Positions 1 to 8,008 of a DNA stretch of 64,000 nucleotides are shown piece by piece (the stretch's first letter is position 1; each line of letters starts with the position of its first letter). The notes beneath the pieces were generated by a model, which had not been told where the DNA came from, searched no databases, and worked only from the letters and a program-made list of their open reading frames with translations. Source of the stretch: a bacterium (lineage in GTDB: Bacteria; Actinomycetota; Acidimicrobiia; Acidimicrobiales; RAAP-2); the NCBI GenBank assembly GCA_027365055.1, contig DAHXOD010000001.1, positions 1,172-65,171 of the forward strand, given 5' to 3'. Made by a program: the position numbers and the translations under genes.

Positions 1-120
1 ACGGCAGGGGCCGGCCTATCCGGTCTGCTCGTCGCCTCGCTCTCCGACCGCGGTGGTCGCGGGGTCGAGCATCGGGTCCAGGAGCGGCGCTCGGCGCCGG
101 GAACCGGGACCATACGTTCG

Positions 121-819
121 TTGCTTCTCCCGTGTCTGGCCGGCGTCTTGGCCGGCTTGGTCACCGGTTGGCTTGCTGTCGTCCCGATTGCCGCAGCGGC
201 GGTGTGGGGTCTTCCCCGGCTGTTCACCGGGACGTCCGGGTCGGTCTCGCTGGCGAAGATCGAAGCCATCGCTGCGTGGACCGAGCTGCTTCATGGGACG
301 TTGGCCGCGTCGGCCGGTCTCTCCCAGGCGATCATCGCCACCGCCCCGCTCGCCCCGACGCCGATCCGGGGATCGATCGTGAACCTTGCTGCTCGCCTGA
401 GCGCAGGGATGGACCCGACCGAAGCACTCGGACTGCTCGGCGACGACCTTGCTGATCCGTGTGCCGATCGGGTGATCTGTGCACTCCTGCTGGCCATGTC
501 GTCGCGGGCACAACGACTGGGTGACCTGCTCGCGGCACTGGCGGAGTCGACGCGAGACGAAGTAGGGCTCCGGCTGCGGATCGAAACCAGCCGTGCCTCG
601 GTCCGCAGTGGAGTGCGCACGGTGATCGCGTTCTCGGTGGTGTTCGCCGCCCTCCTGGCCCTGCTGGCTCGTTCCTACCTGGCTCCCTTCGGATCGGTGA
701 CCGGGCAGCTGGTGCTGCTGGTGGTCGGCCTGCTCTATGCGCTCGGGCTCGCCTTGATGGTGACCATGTCCCGACCGCCGGAGGCGGTCAGGCTGCTCGG
801 GAGCGGGGAGCTCCGATGA
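121..819 (+). CDS. tadB: Tad/Flp pilus assembly membrane protein, TadB-like (T2SS-F/GspF family)
   Basis: Track ORF of 232 aa with an N-terminal TM helix, a soluble helical core and C-terminal TM helices, as in TadB/GspF-family proteins. Its stop overlaps the next gene (ATGA 816-819). The first in-window start is TTG 121, but frame 1 has no stop back to nt 1, so the true 5' end may lie upstream of the window. Confidence 0.7.
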   Translation: MLLPCLAGVLAGLVTGWLAVVPIAAAAVWGLPRLFTGTSGSVSLAKIEAIAAWTELLHGTLAASAGLSQAIIATAPLAPTPIRGSIVNLAARLSAGMDPTEALGLLGDDLADPCADRVICALLLAMSSRAQRLGDLLAALAESTRDEVGLRLRIETSRASVRSGVRTVIAFSVVFAALLALLARSYLAPFGSVTGQLVLLVVGLLYALGLALMVTMSRPPEAVRLLGSGELR

Positions 820-1727
820 CGACGACGGCGATCGTCCTCGGGCTCCTGGTCGGCCTCGGTTGTGCCGGCGTCCTGTACGCCTTGGTTCCGGTCGCTCCGT
901 CACTCGAGGCGATGGTGCGCGTCGAGGCGCGCAAGGGTCCCCCAGGTGACCAGCCGGTCCTTCCCGGCCGGGTCGGCCGGGTCGGCCGGGTCCAGCAGTC
1001 GGGCATCACGTGGGCGAGGGATGCAGGCGTGCTCGACCACCCTTCGTGGTCGAGCCTGTCGACGACGTTTGCGCTCACCGGTTCGTCGCCTGACGTCGTG
1101 GTCGCCCGAGTGCTGGGCTGGGCGGGGAGCGGCCTGGTCCTGCCCCCGGCGCTCTGGGCACTGGCATCGCTCGCAGGTGTCGCCCTCCCTCTGGTCGTCC
1201 CGGTCGCGCTTGCGGCGGTGCTCGTCCTGGTCGGGACGGTCGTTCCCTTCGCCCAGCTCTTCGACGATGCCAAGGTTCGCCGGCGGCATGTGCGCATCGT
1301 GGTCGGAAGCTATGTGGATCTGGTCGTGCTGTGCCTCGCGGGGGGCGCCGGTATCGAGAGCGCGTTGCTTGCAGCAGCAGACGTGAGCACCGACTGGGCG
1401 TCGAGGCGTCTGTTGCGCTCACTCCTCCTGGCGCGAGACTCGGGGCAGCCGGCGTGGTCGGTCCTCGGCGACCTTGGTCGACAGTGGGACGTGCAGGAAC
1501 TCTGCGAGCTCGCCTCCACGCTGCAGTTGGCCGGAACCGAAGGGGCACGTGTCCGCCAAGCACTCTCCGCCCGAGCGGTCTCGCTGCGCCGGCACGAGCA
1601 GGCGGACGCAGAGAGCGCCGCCAATGCCACCACCGAACGGCTCTTCCTCCCGGGGGCACTCCTCCTCGTGGGATTCCTCCTCTTCATCGGGTATCCGGCC
1701 TTCAGCCGGATCCTGGGTGGTTTCTGA
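816..1727 (+). CDS. tadC: Tad/Flp pilus assembly membrane protein, TadC-like (second T2SS-F paralogue)
   Basis: 303-aa ORF with TM helices flanking a helical soluble region, placed directly after tadB with an ATGA start/stop overlap. This paired TadB/TadC arrangement is typical of tad loci. It contains an in-frame 9-bp x3 repeat (966-992, GRVGRVGRV). Confidence 0.7.
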   Translation: MTTTAIVLGLLVGLGCAGVLYALVPVAPSLEAMVRVEARKGPPGDQPVLPGRVGRVGRVQQSGITWARDAGVLDHPSWSSLSTTFALTGSSPDVVVARVLGWAGSGLVLPPALWALASLAGVALPLVVPVALAAVLVLVGTVVPFAQLFDDAKVRRRHVRIVVGSYVDLVVLCLAGGAGIESALLAAADVSTDWASRRLLRSLLLARDSGQPAWSVLGDLGRQWDVQELCELASTLQLAGTEGARVRQALSARAVSLRRHEQADAESAANATTERLFLPGALLLVGFLLFIGYPAFSRILGGF

Positions 1728-1835
1728 TGGCGGCCATCGTGAGCCGGGAGGAGTTGGCCCGGCGCCGCGGTTGGGCGCGGCACCAAGGCGACACACCAAC
1801 ATCCAGCATCACAACAGAGAAAGGACCACTGCGTC

Positions 1836-2027
1836 ATGTTCACGGAAATTGCGGCACTCTGGGCTTACCTGCGGGCACGCGTCGACCTTGCCGGCGGATG
1901 GAACGAGCGGGGCACCGTCGTCGAGAAGGTGATCCTCACCGCGATCTTCGCGGCCTTGGCCATCGCGGTCGGAGCGATCATCGTGGCGAAGGTCACGACC
2001 AAGGCCAATTCCATCAACCTGAATTGA
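1836..2027 (+). CDS. Small Flp/DUF4244-like putative prepilin
   Basis: 63-aa ORF with a GAAAGGA Shine-Dalgarno about 9 nt upstream. A charged leader ending in ..NERG is followed by a ~22-residue hydrophobic helix (TVVEKVILTAIFAALAIAVGAIIVA). It sits between tadC and the TadE-like genes, as in actinobacterial tad loci. Confidence 0.6.
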   Translation: MFTEIAALWAYLRARVDLAGGWNERGTVVEKVILTAIFAALAIAVGAIIVAKVTTKANSINLN

Positions 2028-2452
2028 GCGGACCGAGCCACCCGGTCTCCCGCAGCCGGCGCCCGCTGCGTAGCCCGTCCCTCCGCAGCGATCGCGGATC
2101 GACGGTGGAGGCGGTCCTCGTCATGCCGGTGGTGATGCTGCTCCTCCTGGCCGTGGTGCAGTTCGCGCTGTGGGCGCATGCCGCACAAGTCACCCAGCTG
2201 GCCGCGTCGACCGGCGACCGATCGGCACGAGCCCTGGGTGGTGGTGCCGCACTGGGGAGTGCCGATGCACAGGGCGTGCTGCAGAGCTCCCGCGGGAGCA
2301 TCACCGGGACCGCGGTGTCGATCGCGGTGCTGCCCGGCGGCATCGTCGAGACCCGGGTGACCGGCTCGGCGGTGTCGATCGTCCCCTGGCTCTCCTTCCC
2401 GGTCTCCGCCACGGTGGCGGGACCGCTCCAGACCTTCCGGCCCCATGAGTGA
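2024..2452 (+). CDS. TadE-like pilus assembly protein (minor pilin)
   Basis: This is the last 143 codons of track ORF 1331..2452. TTG 2024 overlaps the stop of the pilin gene (TTGA); GTG 2105 is an alternative start. STVEAVLVMPVVMLLLLAVVQFALWAHA matches the TadE N-terminal hydrophobic motif. Confidence 0.65.
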   Translation: MSGPSHPVSRSRRPLRSPSLRSDRGSTVEAVLVMPVVMLLLLAVVQFALWAHAAQVTQLAASTGDRSARALGGGAALGSADAQGVLQSSRGSITGTAVSIAVLPGGIVETRVTGSAVSIVPWLSFPVSATVAGPLQTFRPHE

Positions 2453-2894
2453 TCTGACGGGCACCGCGGCTGGCCGGGCGATCGGCGAGCACGACGATGC
2501 GGGAAGCCTGGTCGTAGAGCTGGTGGTGCTGACACCGGTGCTCTTCCTGTTGGTCCTCGTCGCGGTCGTCTTCGGCCGGGTCACCGGCGCGCGCCAGCTG
2601 ATCACCGAGTCGGCCCGGGCCGGTGCCCAGGCGGCCGCGGTGATGCCGAACGCGTCGAGTGCGATCGCCGCGGCCGGACAGAGCGCGGCGGTGGGGACCA
2701 CGGGGCGGCACGATCCGTGCATTCGAACAGTGGTGTCCACTGACGTCAGCCAGTTCCGACCGGGTGGCTCGGTGACGGTCACGGTGGTCTGCACGGTCGA
2801 CCTGGCGGATCTGGCGGTGCCGGGGCTCCCCGGTACCGCCACCATCCGCTCGTCGACAACCGCGCCGGTCGATCCGTACCGGTCGGTGCAATGA
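2445..2894 (+). CDS. TadE/TadF-like pilus assembly protein
   Basis: 149-aa ORF. The N-terminal GSLVVELVVLTPVLFLLVLVAVVFGRV is a TadE-type motif. ATG 2445 overlaps the previous stop (2450-2452). Confidence 0.65.
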   Translation: MSDLTGTAAGRAIGEHDDAGSLVVELVVLTPVLFLLVLVAVVFGRVTGARQLITESARAGAQAAAVMPNASSAIAAAGQSAAVGTTGRHDPCIRTVVSTDVSQFRPGGSVTVTVVCTVDLADLAVPGLPGTATIRSSTTAPVDPYRSVQ

Positions 2895-2907
2895 CTGGCG
2901 GTCCCGG

Positions 2908-3426
2908 GTGGACCCGGACGGCGACGAGGATGAGGGAACGACGATGAGTGGCTGGCGCTTCACCGAGGGGAACCGATTCCGCCGGCAGCCGAAGCAAGGG
3001 CACGAGGGGCTCGAGCGACGGTGTCGGGAAGACGGCTCGATCACTGCCTTCGTTGCCCTCGTGCTGGTCGCCCTCTTCGCGTTGCTCGGACTGGTGGTCG
3101 ACGGGGGTCGGGCGATCAGTTCCCAGCAAGCAGCCGTGGTGGAGGCCGAACAGGCCGCACGGGCCGGAGCCGGTGCGTTGTCGGTCGGCGGACTGCGCCA
3201 CGGCACCGTCACGCTGGTGAGCAGGCGAGCGATCGCCGATGCCGTGGCGTACACGGTGGCTGCGGGCCATCCGGGGACGGCCACCATGGCCAACGGTGTG
3301 GTGACGGTCCACGTGCGATACCGGATGCCGACCGTGATCTTGGGGATCGTGGGCATCTCCTCTCTCCCGGTGTCGGCGACGGCGACAGCGGTCGACCTGG
3401 CCGGCGTGACACAGGGGGCGCCATGA
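2908..3426 (+). CDS. TadG-like pilus assembly protein (Tad N-terminal motif)
   Basis: 172-aa ORF. EDGSITAFVALVLVALFALLGLVVDGGRA resembles the 'putative Flp pilus-assembly TadE/G-like' N-terminal motif. Start is GTG 2908, with ATG 2944 as an alternative. Confidence 0.6.
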   Translation: MDPDGDEDEGTTMSGWRFTEGNRFRRQPKQGHEGLERRCREDGSITAFVALVLVALFALLGLVVDGGRAISSQQAAVVEAEQAARAGAGALSVGGLRHGTVTLVSRRAIADAVAYTVAAGHPGTATMANGVVTVHVRYRMPTVILGIVGISSLPVSATATAVDLAGVTQGAP

Positions 3427-6425
3427 CTGACCGCACTCCTACAGGGCGGAGTGGACCGAGCGGGATACCGCGGTCGCTGGTGTCGCTGGTTGCCTTGGTT
3501 GCCCTGGTCGTGGCCGTGCCGGTGGTGCTGGTGGCGGCCGGCGGTAATCCGCTCCCGCGGGGACGCTGGCACCAGTTGCACGTGCTGTTCTCGGCCCATC
3601 AGGGATTCGACGCCCACCTCGCTTCCCGCTGGATGGTCGATGGAGCACTGGTGGTGGGCTGGTTGACCTGGGCGTGGCTGGTCGTGTGCGTGGTGATCGA
3701 GGTGGTGTCGTGGGCAACCGGAAAGACGCCGGCTCGGCTCCCCGGGAGCCGCACCATGCAGTCGGTGGCGGCCTGCCTGGTCGGGACCTCACTCGCGTTG
3801 GTGGCGATCAACCGGGTGCTGCCGGCACCGACCGCTCGGCACGCCGCCACCAGGGAGCAGGTCGGCACGCTGCACGTCATCGAGGAGTTCAGACCGGTCG
3901 ATGCTGCCTCCCCGGCGCAGGGATCTGCAGCGATCGGTACCCTCGCCAACCAGGTACCGGTTGAAGGAGTGGGCCCCGGGGGGGAGGAGACTCCCCATGT
4001 CGTGACGGAGCAACCCCGATCCATGGTCGAGGAACGGGAGGTGGTCGCCGATGCGATCGCCCTGCACACGGTCTCGGCCCGGGAGACGCTGTGGTCGATT
4101 GCCGAAGCCCGGCTCGGCACGGCCCGCCGTTGGAAGGAGATCGCCGACCTGAACTACAGATCTCGACAGGCCGATGGCGGAATGCTGACGGACACGCACT
4201 GGATCCAACCCGGTTGGACGTTGCGGCTGCCCGTCGATGCGACCCCTGGCCCGACCACCGTATCCGGCCTGAGGGGGGATCCGGTTCCGCTCGATGGCCG
4301 CGTGACCACGTCCGCGGCATTGCCTTCCTCCACACCGGCGCCGGTGGCCACCTCGGCAGCCGTTCCGTCGGAGATGGCGGACGTGTCGCCTGTCACGCGG
4401 GTCCAGTGGGAACCGGTCTCGTCGCAGGGTGCCCGCTCGGTTTCCGGGGAACCGGCCTCGTCACACGGTGCCCGATCGGTCGCCGGAACTCCGATCGAGC
4501 TGGTCGGTGCGGGCCTGCTCGGTGCCGGCCTGGTTGTGATCGTCGATCGAATGCGCCGTGCCCAACAGCGCCATCGACGCCGCGGGACCCTCATCCGACT
4601 GCCGGATCCGGCAGGGTCGGCGATCGAGGCCAGGATTCGCGCCGGGTCCGGCCGATCGACCTCGCAAGCGATCGATCGCGCCCTCCAACTCTTCGTGTCG
4701 AGCGTTCCCGGTCGTGACCGGCGGGCACCGGGGTTGCTCGGTATTCAGGCGCATCCCGAGGCGATCGAGCTGCTGCTCGCTCGGCCGGCGGATGTCGGGC
4801 CGATTCCACCACCGTTCGCACTCCGTGGTGACCACCCCTCGCTCTTCCTCGACCGCTCGACGCTGGACGAGCACCTCCGGAGCGAACCGGGCGTTCCCGA
4901 CGGTGAGCGCCGGTGCCCGTTCCCGGCGGTGGTGACCGTGGGCAACGGTCGGGACGGACCCACGCTGGTCAATCTCGAACTGCTCGGATCGTTGGCGCTG
5001 CGGGGGGACGAGCAGGCCTGCGACGGCCTGGTACGCGCCCTCGCGCTTGAGTTGGCGACGTCACCATGGGCCGGACAGTTCGATCTGGTCCTTATCGGAT
5101 TCGGCCACGAGCTCGAACGGTTCGAGCGCGTCGAAGTGGTGGACGACCCCGCCCAACAGTTGCACCGGTTGCACGAGCGTCGCTTTTGTGCCGATCGACT
5201 CCTGGGAGCCGCTGGGTATCGTTCGTTCGGCGACGCCCGCTTCTTCGAAGAATCGGACGCCTGGGATCCCTTGATCGTCGTGTGCGGGCCCCGCGTCCCC
5301 CGCGAGGAGCGGTCGGAGCTCGTCGCCATTGGATCGGATCCGCGGGCAGGCGTAGCAGTCGTGGTCGCCGGCCCCGATGCCACGGCACGCCAGGTGATGG
5401 ACCTCCCCGCCGGGGGACGCAGCACCTCGTTGGACTGGCTCGGTGCTCTGGTGTTCCCGCAGCAGGTCACCGTGCAGGAACTGCGGGAGGTGACCTCCCT
5501 GGTCGCGGTGGCCGAAGACCGGGAGCCGGTCTCCCCACTCGATCCCCCTTACGACCAGCTCCCCATTCCGATGCCCCGGCTCAGTGAACGCGCCCTCCAC
5601 CCTGCGGTCGATCCCGACGCAGAGGCTGCACCCGGTGGGATCCGGAGCACTTCCCGAGAAGCCCGACCGGTCGCAGCCGACGGGGACCACACCGCCTCGG
5701 TCGAGGTGGCTGTGCTCGGCCCGGTCGAGATTCGTGGGGCCGCCCGTCCCTTCACCCGGGCATGGGCTCGGGAGCTGGTCGTCTACCTGGCGATGCACCC
5801 GAACGGGGCATCGAACGACAGCTGGGCCACGGCACTCTGGCCCGAGCGCGTGATGGCCGCGTCGAGCCTCCACTCCACCGCTTCGGTCGCCCGGCGGGCA
5901 CTCGGGCACGCGGGGGACGGCCATGACCACCTGCCGCGGTCCCATGGCCGCCTGCAGCTGGCCACCTCCGTCGGCACGGACTGGAGCCGCTTCGTGGAAC
6001 TGGCCTCGACCGACGATCCGGCCCAGTGGCGCCTGGCCTTGGAACTGGTGCGGGGGCGCCCGTTCGACGGCCTGCGTGCCTGCGACTGGCCCATCCTCGA
6101 GGGCATCGCCCCCGCCATCGAGGCGGCGGTTGTCGACCTCGCCGGCCGCCTGGCCGGCGCACGCCTGAGCCAGGGAGATCCATCCGGAGCGGAGTGGGCT
6201 GCCCGCAAGGGTCTTCTGGTCAGCCCCTACGACGAAAGGCTCTACCGGATGTTGCTGCGCTCTGCCGACGCGGCTGGTCATCCGGCCGGAGTCGAATCGG
6301 TCATGGCCGAGCTGATCCGTCTGGTCGCGGACGACGTCGAACCGTACGACTCGGTCCACCCGGCGACGATGGAGCTCTACCGCTCGCTGTCGCGCCGGAG
6401 CAGCCTCGTCGGTCTCAGCTCTTGA
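3423..6425 (+). CDS. Multi-pass membrane protein with LysM domain and C-terminal SARP-type winged-helix + BTAD domain
   Basis: In-frame ATG 3423 overlaps the tadG-like stop (ATGA). The first 134 codons of the track ORF from 3021 overlap the tadG-like gene and are Arg/Gly-rich junk. The protein has TM helices at the N-terminus, then a LysM-like segment (HTVSARETLWSIAEARLGTARRWKEIADLNY..WIQPGWTLRLP) and another TM helix (LVGAGLLGAGLVVIV). The C-terminus is VEVAVLGPVEIRG..RELVVYLAMHP plus helical repeats typical of AfsR/SARP BTAD regulators. Confidence 0.75.
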   Translation: MTDRTPTGRSGPSGIPRSLVSLVALVALVVAVPVVLVAAGGNPLPRGRWHQLHVLFSAHQGFDAHLASRWMVDGALVVGWLTWAWLVVCVVIEVVSWATGKTPARLPGSRTMQSVAACLVGTSLALVAINRVLPAPTARHAATREQVGTLHVIEEFRPVDAASPAQGSAAIGTLANQVPVEGVGPGGEETPHVVTEQPRSMVEEREVVADAIALHTVSARETLWSIAEARLGTARRWKEIADLNYRSRQADGGMLTDTHWIQPGWTLRLPVDATPGPTTVSGLRGDPVPLDGRVTTSAALPSSTPAPVATSAAVPSEMADVSPVTRVQWEPVSSQGARSVSGEPASSHGARSVAGTPIELVGAGLLGAGLVVIVDRMRRAQQRHRRRGTLIRLPDPAGSAIEARIRAGSGRSTSQAIDRALQLFVSSVPGRDRRAPGLLGIQAHPEAIELLLARPADVGPIPPPFALRGDHPSLFLDRSTLDEHLRSEPGVPDGERRCPFPAVVTVGNGRDGPTLVNLELLGSLALRGDEQACDGLVRALALELATSPWAGQFDLVLIGFGHELERFERVEVVDDPAQQLHRLHERRFCADRLLGAAGYRSFGDARFFEESDAWDPLIVVCGPRVPREERSELVAIGSDPRAGVAVVVAGPDATARQVMDLPAGGRSTSLDWLGALVFPQQVTVQELREVTSLVAVAEDREPVSPLDPPYDQLPIPMPRLSERALHPAVDPDAEAAPGGIRSTSREARPVAADGDHTASVEVAVLGPVEIRGAARPFTRAWARELVVYLAMHPNGASNDSWATALWPERVMAASSLHSTASVARRALGHAGDGHDHLPRSHGRLQLATSVGTDWSRFVELASTDDPAQWRLALELVRGRPFDGLRACDWPILEGIAPAIEAAVVDLAGRLAGARLSQGDPSGAEWAARKGLLVSPYDERLYRMLLRSADAAGHPAGVESVMAELIRLVADDVEPYDSVHPATMELYRSLSRRSSLVGLSS
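4408..4485. repeat. 39-bp tandem repeat x2 (imperfect, 6 mismatches) inside the LysM-BTAD gene
   Basis: Units 4408-4446 and 4447-4485 aligned by eye. They encode the Ser-rich linker ..EPVSSQGARSVSG / EPASSHGARSVAG. Confidence 0.8.
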
Positions 6426-6473
6426 CCCGCGACCTGCTGGCTTGACCCGCCCGATCGGCGGTCCACGGAGGCG

Positions 6474-7508
6474 TTACAGGACCAGCTCGGCCATCGTCCG
6501 CAGGGTGTCGGGCGAACCGGCCACCAGCAGAGTGGTGGCGATCGACTCCTTCCACCCTTCGAGGTCGTCGCGGATCTTCTCTTTCGGGCCGATCAGGGCC
6601 ACGTCTTCGACCAGGGAGGTCGGGACGGCGGCGGCAGCCTCGTCCTTGCGTCCTGCGAGGTAGAGATCCTGGACGGTCTGGGCTTCTGCCTCGTAGCCCA
6701 TCCGGGCGAACACGTCGAAATGGAAATTCATCGACTTCGCACCCATCCCGCCGATGTAGAGGGCAAGGAAGGGACGGTAGCTGTCGGCTGCCCGTTCCAC
6801 GTCGTCGTCGATGACGGTGGGGGCGAACGCGATCACCTCGAAGTCGGCAGCCGACCGCCTGGCTCCGTTCCGGGCGAACCCCTCAGCCAGCGACGGCTCG
6901 AACGCCTTGACCGCGTTGGGAGAGAAGAAGATCGGGAACCATCCGTCCGCGATCTCGGCAGCCAGAGCCACGTTCCTCGGGCCCTCGGCTCCCAGAATGA
7001 TCGGGATCTCGTCGCGCAGGGGATGGACGATCGGCTTGAGCGGCTTACCCAGGCCGGTTCCCCCTGGGTAGGGGAGCGGGTAGTTCGGCCCTGGGTTGGT
7101 GACCGGGGCCACGCGGGCCAGCACCTGACGGACGATGTCCACGTACTCGCGGGTGCGGCCGAGGGGCTTCTCGAAGGACTGGCCGTACCAGCCCTCGACC
7201 ACCTGCGGTCCGGACACCCCGAGCCCAAGCACGAACCGGCCACCCGACAGGTGGTCGAGGGTGAGCGCCGCCATCCCCATAGCAGTCGGCGTGCGGGCGG
7301 AGAGCTGGCACAACGCGGTGCCGAGGCGCACCGACCGCGTACGCGATCCCCACCAGCTCAACGGGGTGAGCGCGTCGGATCCGTAGGCTTCCGCCGTCCA
7401 GATCGAGTCGAAGCCGAGCCGCTCGGCCTCGACGACCAGTTCCTCGGCGTTGGTGGGTGGGCCGGATCCCCAGTACCCGAGTTGCAGTCCCAGCTTCATG
7501 TCCCTCAT
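6474..7508 (-). CDS. LLM-class (luciferase-like) F420-dependent oxidoreductase
   Basis: 344-aa ORF. MKLGLQLGYWG..LGFDSIWTAEAYGSDALTPL..GRFVLGLGVSGPQVVEGWYG is typical of the LLM class F420-dependent family. Confidence 0.85.
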   Translation of the reverse strand: MRDMKLGLQLGYWGSGPPTNAEELVVEAERLGFDSIWTAEAYGSDALTPLSWWGSRTRSVRLGTALCQLSARTPTAMGMAALTLDHLSGGRFVLGLGVSGPQVVEGWYGQSFEKPLGRTREYVDIVRQVLARVAPVTNPGPNYPLPYPGGTGLGKPLKPIVHPLRDEIPIILGAEGPRNVALAAEIADGWFPIFFSPNAVKAFEPSLAEGFARNGARRSAADFEVIAFAPTVIDDDVERAADSYRPFLALYIGGMGAKSMNFHFDVFARMGYEAEAQTVQDLYLAGRKDEAAAAVPTSLVEDVALIGPKEKIRDDLEGWKESIATTLLVAGSPDTLRTMAELVL

Positions 7509-7687
7509 CGTTCCCTCCCGGAAAAGGCGGCCGGCACCTGCCGGAGCCGCTCACGCCGATCAGCCGCTCGTGACCCTAGTGTCGTCCGCTTCACCGGTGC
7601 CGAACCCCGTCAAGCGGCAGTGCCTGTGACCAGTGGAGGTGCGTCGCCGTGCTTCGCGGCTCAGGCCCCCCTTCCACGGCGCATGGT

Positions 7688-7909
7688 TCAGGGCCCGGTG
7701 AAGCGGTCCGTGGTCAACTTCGAGGGCATCAACAGGATCACCACGAGTGTGATGATCGAAAAGAAGAAGCCGAGGATCACCCATCCAACCGGGTGGCGAC
7801 CCTTCCGCTTGGCGATGTTGTAGATCCACACCATGACCAGCAACCAGATCGCCAGACCGATCAGGTACTCGACGGTGTAGGACACCGTGGCGGCAAGCAG
7901 CGGTTGCAT
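7688..7909 (-). CDS. Small two-TM membrane protein, function unknown
   Basis: 73-aa ORF with high GC3 and two clear hydrophobic helices separated by KRKGRHP. No family recognised. Confidence 0.55.
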   Translation of the reverse strand: MQPLLAATVSYTVEYLIGLAIWLLVMVWIYNIAKRKGRHPVGWVILGFFFSIITLVVILLMPSKLTTDRFTGP

Positions 7910-8008
7910 GGGACCTCCTCGTCGGTCTCACGGATCGTAGCAACGTTGTCGGACCGTTCCGATGGCCGCAGACACACGTTCACGTTCTGTTGACCGACCC
8001 ATCACACC

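Noticed and set aside
16-903. 295-aa minus-strand ORF antisense to tadB/tadC.
   Set aside because: It is an Arg/Pro/Gly-rich low-complexity product. It lies exactly opposite two well-supported membrane-protein genes. This is the typical shadow ORF of very GC-rich DNA.
1331-2023. The first ~230 codons of the 373-aa track ORF 1331..2452.
   Set aside because: This part overlaps tadC and the pilin gene in another frame and translates to Arg/Pro-rich junk. Only the last 143 codons (from TTG 2024) look like a TadE protein.
3021-3422. N-terminal extension of the LysM-BTAD ORF (track start 3021).
   Set aside because: It overlaps the tadG-like gene out of frame and is Arg/Gly-rich. ATG 3423 gives the ATGA coupling and a sensible TM N-terminus.
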